Of a stretch of DNA of 64,000 nucleotides, positions 39,540 through 48,832 are shown one piece after another. Position 1 is the stretch's first letter. Each line of letters begins with the position of its first letter. The translations under genes were made by a program, and so were the position numbers. Origin of the DNA: Desulfatiglandales bacterium (lineage in GTDB: Bacteria > Desulfobacterota > DSM-4660 > Desulfatiglandales > HGW-15); assembly GCA_963667015.2 (NCBI GenBank), contig CAXXJJ010000004.1:2528001-2592000 (forward strand), read 5' to 3'. The notes under the pieces are model-generated. The model saw nothing but the letters and a program-made list of their open reading frames with translations. It was not told where the DNA came from and made no database searches.

Positions 39540-39642
39540 CTCCCTCCCCTGGTGGGTGGGATCAAGGGAGGGGGAACAGCAATAACAAATGGAGCTTCTA
39601 TTTTGCCACCCTCTCCCAGCCTCTCCCGTCAAGGTAGAGGAG
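39540..39642. repeat. REP-type palindrome doublet (CCCTCTCCC/GGGAGAGGG family)
   Basis: tccctcccctggtgggtgggatcaagggaggggg ... accctctcccagcctctcccgtcaaggtagaggag. Confidence 0.7.
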
Positions 39643-39727
39643 TTGTATGAACTTTAACTCAACAACATTGGATTTTATACCATGCCAGTTTTAGTTTCCA
39701 GCACCCTGCTAAAGTTATATCAAATTA

Positions 39728-40822
39728 TTAAAACTGAACCTTCTGCCCCATAGCTCCATAGTCCTTTTTCATATCCTTATACACTGGCGCCCCGAGCAAA
39801 AAGCTGTATATCTCATCTGCCTTTGCCTCAGGATCAATATCCTTAAACTGTAAAGGATAGATTATCGTGCCTATTCCATAGGCATCGGCAAGGGCTGTAC
39901 CGATATTGGTTGCATACCAGTTGAAAGGCAGCAGGGTATAAACCCTTTGCCCTGAAAAGGCCTGAAGGGCATGATAGTAATCCGGCTTTTTCTGAAAATC
40001 ATCCTTTACAAGGGCTATGCCTCCGCCATCGATAAAAATAATTTCGGGATTGAACTTTAAAAGCATTTCCTTATTCATAAAAACATGGCTGCCTGTACTG
40101 GCCTTGACACGCTCTGCAACATTATCCGCATTGATCCATTTAAAAGGGATATAGCTCTGCTCCGAGCTTTCTATGCCGTAAGTACCCCTGTATCCTATGC
40201 CTCCGACATAAACAGCAGGCCTTTCATCAGCCGGTATATGCATGGTCCTTTCATGCATATCTTTTCGCAGTGATTCGATATAAGACACAAGATCCTGAGC
40301 ACGTTTTTCTTTGTCAAGAATCCTGCCCGCAACAAGCAGAGATTTGTATATGGCCTCATCAAAGGTCGCATACTCCCCATAATTCAGAATAATCACCGGA
40401 ATACCGAGCGTCTTCTGAATATTTTCAGCCATGGTGTCTTCCATATATGTAGTAAAAATAACCTCAGGCCTCAATGAAAGTACTTTTTCCAGGTCCGGCT
40501 TTTTACCTATACCTGCCGGTCCGCCTGGGCCGCACCCCGGAAGTTTTTGAAGCTCCGGATGTGCAATCCAGTATGGTCTTCCGCCGGGGTTCATCTTTTC
40601 CATATCTTCCACACCAACTACCTTTGATTCTGCCTGAAGATAGATGATAAGGCGAAGGGTTCCCGGCCCGAGACAGAGGATTCTATCGGGGTTGAATGGA
40701 GCATTTACCTGTCTGCCGGCCATATCTGTCACATCTATTGTCTTTGCCCCGCTGGAAGACAGCGGGATGAATAAAAGAAAAAAACATATATATATAATGA
40801 TCTTCTTCATGAGTTTCTCCAT
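39728..40822 (-). CDS. Iron/cobalamin-type ABC substrate-binding protein
   Basis: VTDMAGRQV, KVVGVE, LEKVLSLRPEVI, PEIIFID. Confidence 0.9.
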   Translation of the reverse strand: MEKLMKKIIIYICFFLLFIPLSSSGAKTIDVTDMAGRQVNAPFNPDRILCLGPGTLRLIIYLQAESKVVGVEDMEKMNPGGRPYWIAHPELQKLPGCGPGGPAGIGKKPDLEKVLSLRPEVIFTTYMEDTMAENIQKTLGIPVIILNYGEYATFDEAIYKSLLVAGRILDKEKRAQDLVSYIESLRKDMHERTMHIPADERPAVYVGGIGYRGTYGIESSEQSYIPFKWINADNVAERVKASTGSHVFMNKEMLLKFNPEIIFIDGGGIALVKDDFQKKPDYYHALQAFSGQRVYTLLPFNWYATNIGTALADAYGIGTIIYPLQFKDIDPEAKADEIYSFLLGAPVYKDMKKDYGAMGQKVQF

Positions 40823-40833
40823 ACGTTTTATTC

Positions 40834-41586
40834 CTAAAGGGGAACTACAAGGGTATGCCCGTTTATCACGCTCAATTCAACATCTACACCATAAACCTGG
40901 TTAATTATCTCCGAACACAATTCCTTTCTGCTGCATATTCCATGAATCTGACCATCCTTTAAAAAGATAAAACTGTCTGCAAAACGTAAAGCAATATTCA
41001 GGTCATGAATGGCTATTACTGCGGACAGCCCCTTTGTTTTAACTATACTCTGAACCAGCCTCATTACTTCAAGCTGGTTTTTAAGGTCAAGATTGCTTGT
41101 TGGTTCATCAAGGAGCAGGACCTCAGGTGACTGCGCGAGGGCGCGGGCGATTATTACCTTCTGGACTTCGCCTCCGCTCAAATCGCAGACCCGGCGCATG
41201 GCCAGATGGGCTATTCCTATCTGCTCAATCGTATCCTCAACAAGTGCATAATCCTCCGGCCCGAGAGACCATTGAATATGAGGTTTCCGTCCCATAAGTA
41301 CAGCTTCAAATACAGTCAATTGTGTTTCAGGATGACGCTGCGGCACATATCCTATAAGACGGGCAATCCTGTTCCGGCTGAAATGGAGTAAATCCTCACC
41401 ATCCGCCAGAACCGATCCAGTTTGAGGCTGAAGTATACTGTTAAGACATTTGAGTAATGTAGACTTACCTGCACCGTTTACTCCCAGGATACATACAACC
41501 TGGCCGGGCTCAATGGAAAAGGTAACATCGGACAATACCGGATGACCGTTATAGGAGAACCTTATATTTGCAACTTCAAGATTCAT
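40834..41586 (-). CDS. ABC ATPase (FecE/BtuD-like)
   Basis: GVNGAGKS, LSGGE, LLLDEPT, HDLN. Confidence 0.95.
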   Translation of the reverse strand: MNLEVANIRFSYNGHPVLSDVTFSIEPGQVVCILGVNGAGKSTLLKCLNSILQPQTGSVLADGEDLLHFSRNRIARLIGYVPQRHPETQLTVFEAVLMGRKPHIQWSLGPEDYALVEDTIEQIGIAHLAMRRVCDLSGGEVQKVIIARALAQSPEVLLLDEPTSNLDLKNQLEVMRLVQSIVKTKGLSAVIAIHDLNIALRFADSFIFLKDGQIHGICSRKELCSEIINQVYGVDVELSVINGHTLVVPL

Positions 41587-42620
41587 TTTACCTCCCTTAC
41601 TAAAAGAAAGAGAAACATGGGCGCGCCTAAAAATGATGTTATTACACCAACCGGCAATGACCCTGATCCGATCAGTACACGGCCGAGGGTATCGGCCAGA
41701 AGGAGAAGCAGTGCCCCCAGGACCGCGGAAAAGGGAACCAGGATAGAATGATCTTCGCCCACAATACGTCTTGCCATATGCGGGGCAATCAATCCCAGAA
41801 AACCTATAATCCCGTGAAATGCCGTTGCCAGTGCCGCCACAAGGGTGGCCACAAACATGCCTGACAGCCTGATCTGTTCCACCCTTACGCCCAGCCCCTT
41901 AGCAGTATCATCACCCGAGGCAAGGGCATTTAAATCCCACCGGAAAATTGCAAGGAAAACAGTTATAAGTAAAACACCTCCTGCCAGTATCCATATCTCC
42001 ATCCAGCTTGAACGTGCTACATCCCCGAAACTCCAGAATACAACACGGGCAAGATCCGTCTCGCTTGCCATATATTGAATCAGATAAGTTCCGGAAAGAA
42101 AAAGGGAATGGAGCGCGGTACCTGTTAAAATGATGGCCAGGGGAGAAAGCCTTTTAAACCGGGCAAGTGCCAGTATCACAAGTGTGGCAGCCATACCGCC
42201 TGCAAAGGCAGAAACAGTTATAGAAACCATACCTGCACCAAACACAACAATTGCAACAGCCGCCCCGAATGCAGAACCATGACTGATTCCAAGTGTGATG
42301 GGAGAGCCCAGGGGATTTTTTAAAAGTGACTGTATGGTGAGGCCGGACAGGGAAAGGCCCCAGCCGGATAGAAGTGCAGCAGCAACCCTTGGCAGCCTGA
42401 TATTTGCAATAACAACCCGGGTGGTGTTATCCCCGTATCCAAACAGGTTACCCAGCACCTCTTTAAAGGGAATATAATAAGATCCGGATGCAATTGCAAA
42501 AATCGAAACAACTGCAATTGCAATAATAAATAATCCTAAAAGCAGTACCCTGTGCCTTACCTGTTCCAGGTAGACTGATGTAATGGCACCATGTACTGTT
42601 TTATTTCTTATACTCTCCAC
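41583..42620 (-). CDS. FecCD/BtuC family permease
   Basis: IRLPR, NPLGSP.TLGIS, IGFLGLIAPH. Confidence 0.95.
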   Translation of the reverse strand: MESIRNKTVHGAITSVYLEQVRHRVLLLGLFIIAIAVVSIFAIASGSYYIPFKEVLGNLFGYGDNTTRVVIANIRLPRVAAALLSGWGLSLSGLTIQSLLKNPLGSPITLGISHGSAFGAAVAIVVFGAGMVSITVSAFAGGMAATLVILALARFKRLSPLAIILTGTALHSLFLSGTYLIQYMASETDLARVVFWSFGDVARSSWMEIWILAGGVLLITVFLAIFRWDLNALASGDDTAKGLGVRVEQIRLSGMFVATLVAALATAFHGIIGFLGLIAPHMARRIVGEDHSILVPFSAVLGALLLLLADTLGRVLIGSGSLPVGVITSFLGAPMFLFLLVREVK

Positions 42621-43396
42621 ACTATTATCCCTTCTTTAGCGACGGTTGTGTGTGAAACCATGCCATTCTGTTCATGTCGGCCAATAACTGTCTCAATCAG
42701 GCTGCGATCGGGCTTGCCACCCTGCATTTCAATAAAACATTCCACATCTTCCATTGCCTCATCAGCACTTCCGGTCCAGTCCCATTGTGTTTCAAAATAA
42801 TCAAGAGATGGTGTTCTCCCTGCCCGGACGATAATATTATATGTGCCTTCCACACCCGGGGGAGGACCATATTTGAGACCATGAAGCCCAAATACCTCTT
42901 CCATTAACCTGTTTTCTCTCTTTCCGCCCCAGCCGATATAGACACACCATTTTTTTGAACACCATTCCATTTTATCAAGATCCTGGCGGGTCCTGACTGC
43001 CGGGGTCATTGAAGCCCATACAATATCAAAGGCCTTCTCAAAACCGTATCCGGTTATATCTATATCCTTCCATGATGACTTTACCGGGTAAACATTGCGT
43101 ATCCCGGAACGAGAGATGGAAGATACAAGGCGTTCAATCATAACCTCCGAATCATCAAGCCCGGTCACAGACTCTGCATTACCGGCCAGGGGCAGTGTAT
43201 ATGTCCCGGTACCGCACCCGATATCCAGTACTTTTGACCGGTCTATTTCCACCCCCCTGTCTTTGACAATGGAAATAATTTCATTGGTATCCGACAGCGT
43301 TTTTGTATCCAGAGGATCAGGATAGTGTGCGGCCATTCGGTCCCAGAATGCAGAGTATTTATCCTGCTGATTATATGTGCCGTTAAGGTTGTTCAT
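42608..43396 (-). CDS. Class I SAM-dependent methyltransferase
   Basis: VLDIGCGTG, FDIVWASMTP; start MNNLN chosen from GGAG RBS. Confidence 0.9.
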   Translation of the reverse strand: MNNLNGTYNQQDKYSAFWDRMAAHYPDPLDTKTLSDTNEIISIVKDRGVEIDRSKVLDIGCGTGTYTLPLAGNAESVTGLDDSEVMIERLVSSISRSGIRNVYPVKSSWKDIDITGYGFEKAFDIVWASMTPAVRTRQDLDKMEWCSKKWCVYIGWGGKRENRLMEEVFGLHGLKYGPPPGVEGTYNIIVRAGRTPSLDYFETQWDWTGSADEAMEDVECFIEMQGGKPDRSLIETVIGRHEQNGMVSHTTVAKEGIIVWRV

Positions 43397-43412
43397 TTCT
43401 GATTGCTCCCTG

Positions 43413-45701
43413 TTAATAGGATACCTTAAACCCTGCGCCGACATTAAACCCGGACATTGGATAGCCAAACTGCTCTTCATATTCTTCATCAAAAAGGTTT
43501 TCCGCGTAGCAGCTTAGCTCGAAATGTTCATTAACCGGGATCTTAAAGCTGATATCGGCAGTAAAATATGGATCAAGTTCAACATATTTAAAATACTGCT
43601 GTGCGGGCCAGCCGCTGGTGTAGGCATAAATGGCGCTGCGTTCTCCCACATACCTGAGTGAAATGCTCAGGCTGGACTGTTTTGGCAAAGAAAAATCAAG
43701 ACCGCCCGTGGCCTTCCAGTCCGGGAGGTAGTCGATTTCATCGGACAGGCCTGCAGTATCATAAATATCACCTTTCTTTTTTGATTTCTGAAAGGTTACT
43801 GAGGCCCTCCCTGAAAGCCACCCGGTAAATACCTTCCTGGCATCCAGTGATGCCCCGTAAATCCTGGCCTTGTCTATATTGTATACTCCCCGCCATGTGG
43901 AATTGAAGCGCATCATTATGTAGTCATCTACATTGTAATAATAGGTGGACAGGCGTATAAAACCTGATTCCTTCAGATTATGCTGATACAAAAACTCTAT
44001 GGCATTATTTTTTTCAGGTTTAAGAATCGGATTGCCGCCGGTTGCGCCTTCCGCCCACCAGTAGGTTTCCGGTAATCCCGGTGTTCTCAGTGCCTGGTAT
44101 ACTGAGGCGGTAATCCTGTCGTAATCGGTTATCAGGTAGGTTCCTGTAAATTTGGGAGTCAGGGCATTATCTTTCAATTCCGGCGATGTGCTGCCATTAA
44201 TGGATTTATTTTCATAATCATCAAACCTTAAACCGCCGGTTAAAATAAATCGATCCGAAAGCATCCATGTATCCTGTATATAATACCCCCAGCATTTACT
44301 TTCAGATGACGGCTTGAATGACAGGCTGTCCAGGGAGACCCAAGCGGCATTGTTATAGGTCAGATCTATGTGGTTTGTAGTCGTGTCGCCATAGGCAAGC
44401 GCCTTATGCTCCGCGCCTAAAAGTAATTCATGGTCACCAATGGGTTTGTTAATTTCGATGCTTCCGCCATAGGAGCGATCCGACTCTACATCCCTGTCCA
44501 GAACCAGTTCGCCATCCTGATATGCAGCATTGATATAGCTTGATGAATAATTTTTCTCATCTCGATCTTCAAAATTCTTATAGAATTTTATCTCGATATA
44601 CGCGTCATAAAATGGCTGTTTGTAGCCCATATCGATATAGTATTTGGTTTTACTCCAGGTCGCCCTTGGTCCCGGAATGAATGCAGTTCCTGAATAGGGG
44701 CTGAATGTCTCTCCAAAGGCAAGAGGATAGTCATCTTCAATCTTTTGATAAAATCCGGGATTATCCGGATCTGCAGAAGCCCTGTTTTCCCGGATAAAAC
44801 CCCGTTCTGATCCTGCATATTGAAAACCAAGGGAGAACTCACCATCCAGGGGCATGTCCAGATTGAAGAAGGCTGATAAATTCTCTCCTTTAAAATCGTT
44901 GTTCCACAGAAAAGGATCTGCCTCCTGATAGCTTGCGCCAATAGAATATCCCAAAGGACCAACCTTGTAGGTATGAGTAAGGCGATAGCTCTGAATAGAA
45001 TCAATATCTTCCCCGCCGCCATAGGTTCCATAAAAAGTCAATGTGGGATCTTCTGTGGGCTTTTTTGTTACAACATTCACTACTCCTCCCAGGGCATTGT
45101 TTCCATACCTGACAGAACTCCCGCCCCTTATCAACTCTATCTTCTGGATGTTATCCAGGGGGATAGTGCTCCAGTCGATATAATATCCGCCCACAACACC
45201 CGACGCGTTTACTGATCGGCCGTTAATATTCAGCATTATACGATTACTGGTAAATCCTCGAATAGTAAGGCTGTCAGTTGTATCGCCAACCATCGTTCTG
45301 CGTTTCAGATCGATATCGGGTTCCGATTTCAACACGTCCGGGATATTGATATTTTTACCCTTTTCTATTTTTTTTATACCCACGTTAGTACCAACCGAGC
45401 TTGTCCCTTCGCCGGCAGTTACAATTATTTCTTCAAGAGTAATTTCTTCCATGGTCAAATGTTTCTGGATTGACTCATCCTCTTTCCTGTCGTCAGTCGC
45501 AGCAAACGCCGGGATTGCCAATGTTATGAATATAAATAAAATGCCCCGGCCAGCAATCGTTCTCAGAATATTTCCGGAAAATCTATTACCCGATACACCC
45601 TTTCCATTATATGCCATTTTTCCATTTTCAGAACCTGCGCGGGTTCCGTAATTTAATACCTCATCTTTAAATTTCCACTGTTTCAGTCTCCGCATTCGCA
45701 T
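43413..45701 (-). CDS. TonB-dependent receptor
   Basis: LEEIIV TonB box, IQKIELIRGGSSVRYG, GNPILKPE, ENLFDEEY; start uncertain (long N-terminal stretch before the signal peptide). Confidence 0.93.
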   Translation of the reverse strand: MRMRRLKQWKFKDEVLNYGTRAGSENGKMAYNGKGVSGNRFSGNILRTIAGRGILFIFITLAIPAFAATDDRKEDESIQKHLTMEEITLEEIIVTAGEGTSSVGTNVGIKKIEKGKNINIPDVLKSEPDIDLKRRTMVGDTTDSLTIRGFTSNRIMLNINGRSVNASGVVGGYYIDWSTIPLDNIQKIELIRGGSSVRYGNNALGGVVNVVTKKPTEDPTLTFYGTYGGGEDIDSIQSYRLTHTYKVGPLGYSIGASYQEADPFLWNNDFKGENLSAFFNLDMPLDGEFSLGFQYAGSERGFIRENRASADPDNPGFYQKIEDDYPLAFGETFSPYSGTAFIPGPRATWSKTKYYIDMGYKQPFYDAYIEIKFYKNFEDRDEKNYSSSYINAAYQDGELVLDRDVESDRSYGGSIEINKPIGDHELLLGAEHKALAYGDTTTNHIDLTYNNAAWVSLDSLSFKPSSESKCWGYYIQDTWMLSDRFILTGGLRFDDYENKSINGSTSPELKDNALTPKFTGTYLITDYDRITASVYQALRTPGLPETYWWAEGATGGNPILKPEKNNAIEFLYQHNLKESGFIRLSTYYYNVDDYIMMRFNSTWRGVYNIDKARIYGASLDARKVFTGWLSGRASVTFQKSKKKGDIYDTAGLSDEIDYLPDWKATGGLDFSLPKQSSLSISLRYVGERSAIYAYTSGWPAQQYFKYVELDPYFTADISFKIPVNEHFELSCYAENLFDEEYEEQFGYPMSGFNVGAGFKVSY

Positions 45702-45968
45702 TTATCCATTTCCTCCTTCTTGATTTCTCAACCTTATAATTAAAACCTCATAAGGTACTCCCGTGACATCTTATTATGGCAATAAGAGCCACCTTGACGG
45801 GAAAGGAAAGCGGTGGTATCAAATATCCCGAAGTATTCCTTTCCCAGGAGTACTCAACCGGAAGACGGCGGAATCCCTGGCCGGTGCACGCCGTCTTCCA
45901 ACATTTCATTCAACCTGACTTAATCATCTTTTGTTACTTCCTAAGACAAACTCATCTTAAATTCACAT

Positions 45969-46163
45969 AAAAAAAGGCCACGAGGTCATACACTTTTTCA
46001 GGGTATGCGGACCTTCGTGGCCTTTTAAATACCGATTTATTTTTATATCGCCAATTTTCAGCGATAAATGTTTTAAAATTTATTATATACCTATGTTAGG
46101 TAGAACACGGCTTCTGCCATGAAATTATTGACGTATTTTTATTTGAGAGCACTCAAATGTCAA
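45969..46163 (-). promoter_or_regulatory. Dual-hairpin attenuator leader, copy 6
   Basis: TTGACA at 46163-46158; P1 CATGGC-AGAA-GCCGTG (46121-46106); P2 GGCC-ACGAA-GGTC (46022-46010); terminator ends gacctcgtggcc-T7. Confidence 0.85.
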
Positions 46164-46307
46164 GTATTTTTTAAATTATAAGGTAGTTGAAGATCAAACG
46201 GTTAAAGCCAGAAAATGATGAATATTTAAATTCAGAGTGAGATGCCGGAGGCCCTGCCCGAAAAGATATGGGCAGGGCCGGTTAAAAAAAGGGATCATAT
46301 AGTATTT

Positions 46308-46757
46308 CTAATCATCTGATCCTACATTAGTATAATCATCCTCCGCTATCAGGTCTTCCGCTTCCTTTTCGGTTCGCCGTTCAAAGCCGCCCATTGTTTC
46401 AAGGCCAAGGTAGAAATAATATTTCTCATCCGGTTCGGCATAAAAACGGACCACATTTTCAATCCCCCCGGATAGAAATGACACGAAATGAGCTCCTGGT
46501 TTACTATTGAATCTGACATAATCACCGGATCCAAGATAGGCAATTAACTCATTGTCCAGAAATATTTGTGTCTTTACCCCGGCTCCAACTATAGTCTTTT
46601 GACGCATTACCGTCACAGTGGCAGCATCAGGACCAGTGGCATTAAGTTTTGATTTCTCCGCAACAAGACCTCCTGATGCGCAAGAGAGTAATAACATAGA
46701 ATTGAATATGAAAAATGATATTAATGATATCCTGATTAATCTCTTATTTGCAGTCAT
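46308..46757 (-). CDS. Lipoprotein, DUF2846-like
   Basis: Lipobox LLSC; A.VTVMR, IFLDNE....LGSG.Y......PG.H. Confidence 0.65.
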   Translation of the reverse strand: MTANKRLIRISLISFFIFNSMLLLSCASGGLVAEKSKLNATGPDAATVTVMRQKTIVGAGVKTQIFLDNELIAYLGSGDYVRFNSKPGAHFVSFLSGGIENVVRFYAEPDEKYYFYLGLETMGGFERRTEKEAEDLIAEDDYTNVGSDD

Positions 46758-46874
46758 ATGTTCTCCCTTATTTAAAACGCAATATTACACTGTTTATAAT
46801 ATGCGGTTATACGTAAAAAATGACATCATGTTTTCCGATTTTAATGAATATTCTGATGATACAGCATTCTCTTC

Positions 46875-47777
46875 TTATTTTTTTATTGATTCTTTAGTGA
46901 AGATCATATCATTTAATAAAAGCCCGATCCGCTGGGGACTGGCCACGAATTTTATATCCTCAGGATCGCCTGGAGCATCCGTATAATTTCTCCAGCTTAA
47001 TTCTTCTTTTTCCAGATCAATTAAACCGGCGCTTTCATAACTCCCGTCAGATTTTCGTCCGGGGATTAACATTATACCGTATGAGGTTCCGCCAGCAGAT
47101 ACCATTCCCATGGTCGCCACCCCTGTAGCAACGCCTACGGTAAAGGATACCAGGCCCTGACCGAATTTTTTACCTCCGGAAACCTTTGTTCCCCTTATAC
47201 CTATGTACATCAGGCTTGAAACATCCAGCCTTGACTTAACGACATCTACTGCTTCTTTGAATTGATCTTCACTCACTATTAAAGCAGGTCTTTCGGTTTT
47301 CCCCGAATCCTCCAGATACTTTATTATGCTTCTTTCCAGAACATATGTTGACAGGGTTGTAAGTGAATTCAGATATTCCGGATCTTCCCTGATTTTGTTG
47401 GTAACTGCGTATGGCTTAGACACTTCAGTAACGTCTTCCCCTGCCTTTTGGGCAACCTTTACCGGCAGGTTCTCGGGGTTGTCAAATGTGCCGCATACAA
47501 AGGGAATAATTTCGGTTTTTACCGGGATGCCATTCAGCTCAAGATATTCTTTAACTTTCTCAGCAACTGCAGGTGCAATTTCTTTAGACTCATCAATTAT
47601 ACAATAATCACCTTTCCCTACGACATCGACCTGAGTACATACATCTACCAGAATCGCCACACTACTGTCAGGCCCCACTATGGGCTCAGGCCTGTCCACA
47701 TATCTGAACTTGGGCCCACTTGCACAACCGGTGATCATTAAAAAAACAATAATTATTCCGAATTTACGCATGAACAT
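46875..47777 (-). CDS. Hypothetical lipoprotein
   Basis: Lipobox ITGC; 300-aa ORF. Confidence 0.75.
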   Translation of the reverse strand: MFMRKFGIIIVFLMITGCASGPKFRYVDRPEPIVGPDSSVAILVDVCTQVDVVGKGDYCIIDESKEIAPAVAEKVKEYLELNGIPVKTEIIPFVCGTFDNPENLPVKVAQKAGEDVTEVSKPYAVTNKIREDPEYLNSLTTLSTYVLERSIIKYLEDSGKTERPALIVSEDQFKEAVDVVKSRLDVSSLMYIGIRGTKVSGGKKFGQGLVSFTVGVATGVATMGMVSAGGTSYGIMLIPGRKSDGSYESAGLIDLEKEELSWRNYTDAPGDPEDIKFVASPQRIGLLLNDMIFTKESIKK

Positions 47778-47898
47778 AGGTTTTACCTCATAATAGGATA
47801 GGTTGTATTAATTTAAAAAGGCTTGATTTTTTCAGGTATGATTAGGATACATTGCAATATTAAGTCAAGTTTTTTTTTAAAAACCTCAATGTTTTTAA

Positions 47899-48669
47899 CT
47901 ATTTAATTTCCGCCAGGGCCTTATCTATCTCCTGCTTAAAATAGGCATATGGTTTTGCCCCCCTGATATAGGTAATCCCCTTTACCTTTTCAGGGTTCTT
48001 CGGATCAACTCTGGCGATAATAAAATTCGGAACGCTTGGTATCTTCAGACTCATCCCGAGTTCAATGTTTTTATTTACAGCCGCCTCATACTTTTTTGAC
48101 CCCATGCATGCCTTAAACTTACCCATATCCAGATCAATAAAGGATGCCAGAGGATTTAAATCACCCAGAGATTCCCGCTGGGACATTATTATCTCATGCA
48201 TCTCCCGGAATTTACCCTGATCCGATGCACAGTGTACCGCCTCTGCAGCACTGGTTGCAGGGATATTGCCGGGAAGCGGATAATCCACAATAACATAGCT
48301 CAGCTTTCCGGTATCCACATAGTTCTTCAGTATTTCAGGGTAGGTTTCCATTGTGTAAAGGGCACAGTGAGAACAGGTATAATCCGAAAACTGGACCATT
48401 ATCAGTTTAGCGGAACTGCTTCCCTCTATCTCATTGCCTCCAATATCGAATTCAACATCTTTGATTTCAGGATCAGGGGTGATGTACTGGCTTTGAGCCA
48501 TCAGTTTGTTGAGCAACTCACTGTCCTTATTAATCGCATTCTGTACGCTGGCCGAATCGTCAGTTTTTTTACCTTCATCGGATTCAATATCTTCGGCTAA
48601 AGAATTATACTGCAGGCTTAATATTATCAGAAATATTGCAACAACCAGCTTGAGCAACTTACCATGCAT
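47899..48669 (-). CDS. DsbA/thioredoxin-fold protein
   Basis: QFSDYTCSHC, AAEAVHCASDQGKF, SVPNF cis-Pro motif. Confidence 0.88.
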   Translation of the reverse strand: MHGKLLKLVVAIFLIILSLQYNSLAEDIESDEGKKTDDSASVQNAINKDSELLNKLMAQSQYITPDPEIKDVEFDIGGNEIEGSSSAKLIMVQFSDYTCSHCALYTMETYPEILKNYVDTGKLSYVIVDYPLPGNIPATSAAEAVHCASDQGKFREMHEIIMSQRESLGDLNPLASFIDLDMGKFKACMGSKKYEAAVNKNIELGMSLKIPSVPNFIIARVDPKNPEKVKGITYIRGAKPYAYFKQEIDKALAEIK

Positions 48670-48696
48670 TATTGAAACTCCTCTGTCTATACATTC

Positions 48697-48724
48697 TAAG
48701 GGCACGATGCCTCGTGCCCCTACA
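48697..48724 (-). repeat. GTAG-type REP element
   Basis: Minus strand tgtaggggcacgaggcatcgtgccctta. Confidence 0.7.
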
Positions 48725-48832
48725 GTTTATGGATAGGCACTAGCTACTTCCTTTGATCCGCTGTTTTCCAGCGGGATTCAATATAACGGCAGTAGTATCT
48801 TCTATAAGTAGTATTACCGGAAAAAGTCTTTG

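Noticed and set aside
46940..46950. ggccacgaa as a seventh leader copy
   Set aside because: It lies inside a CDS on the antisense strand, with no GGTC, no terminator arm and no P1.
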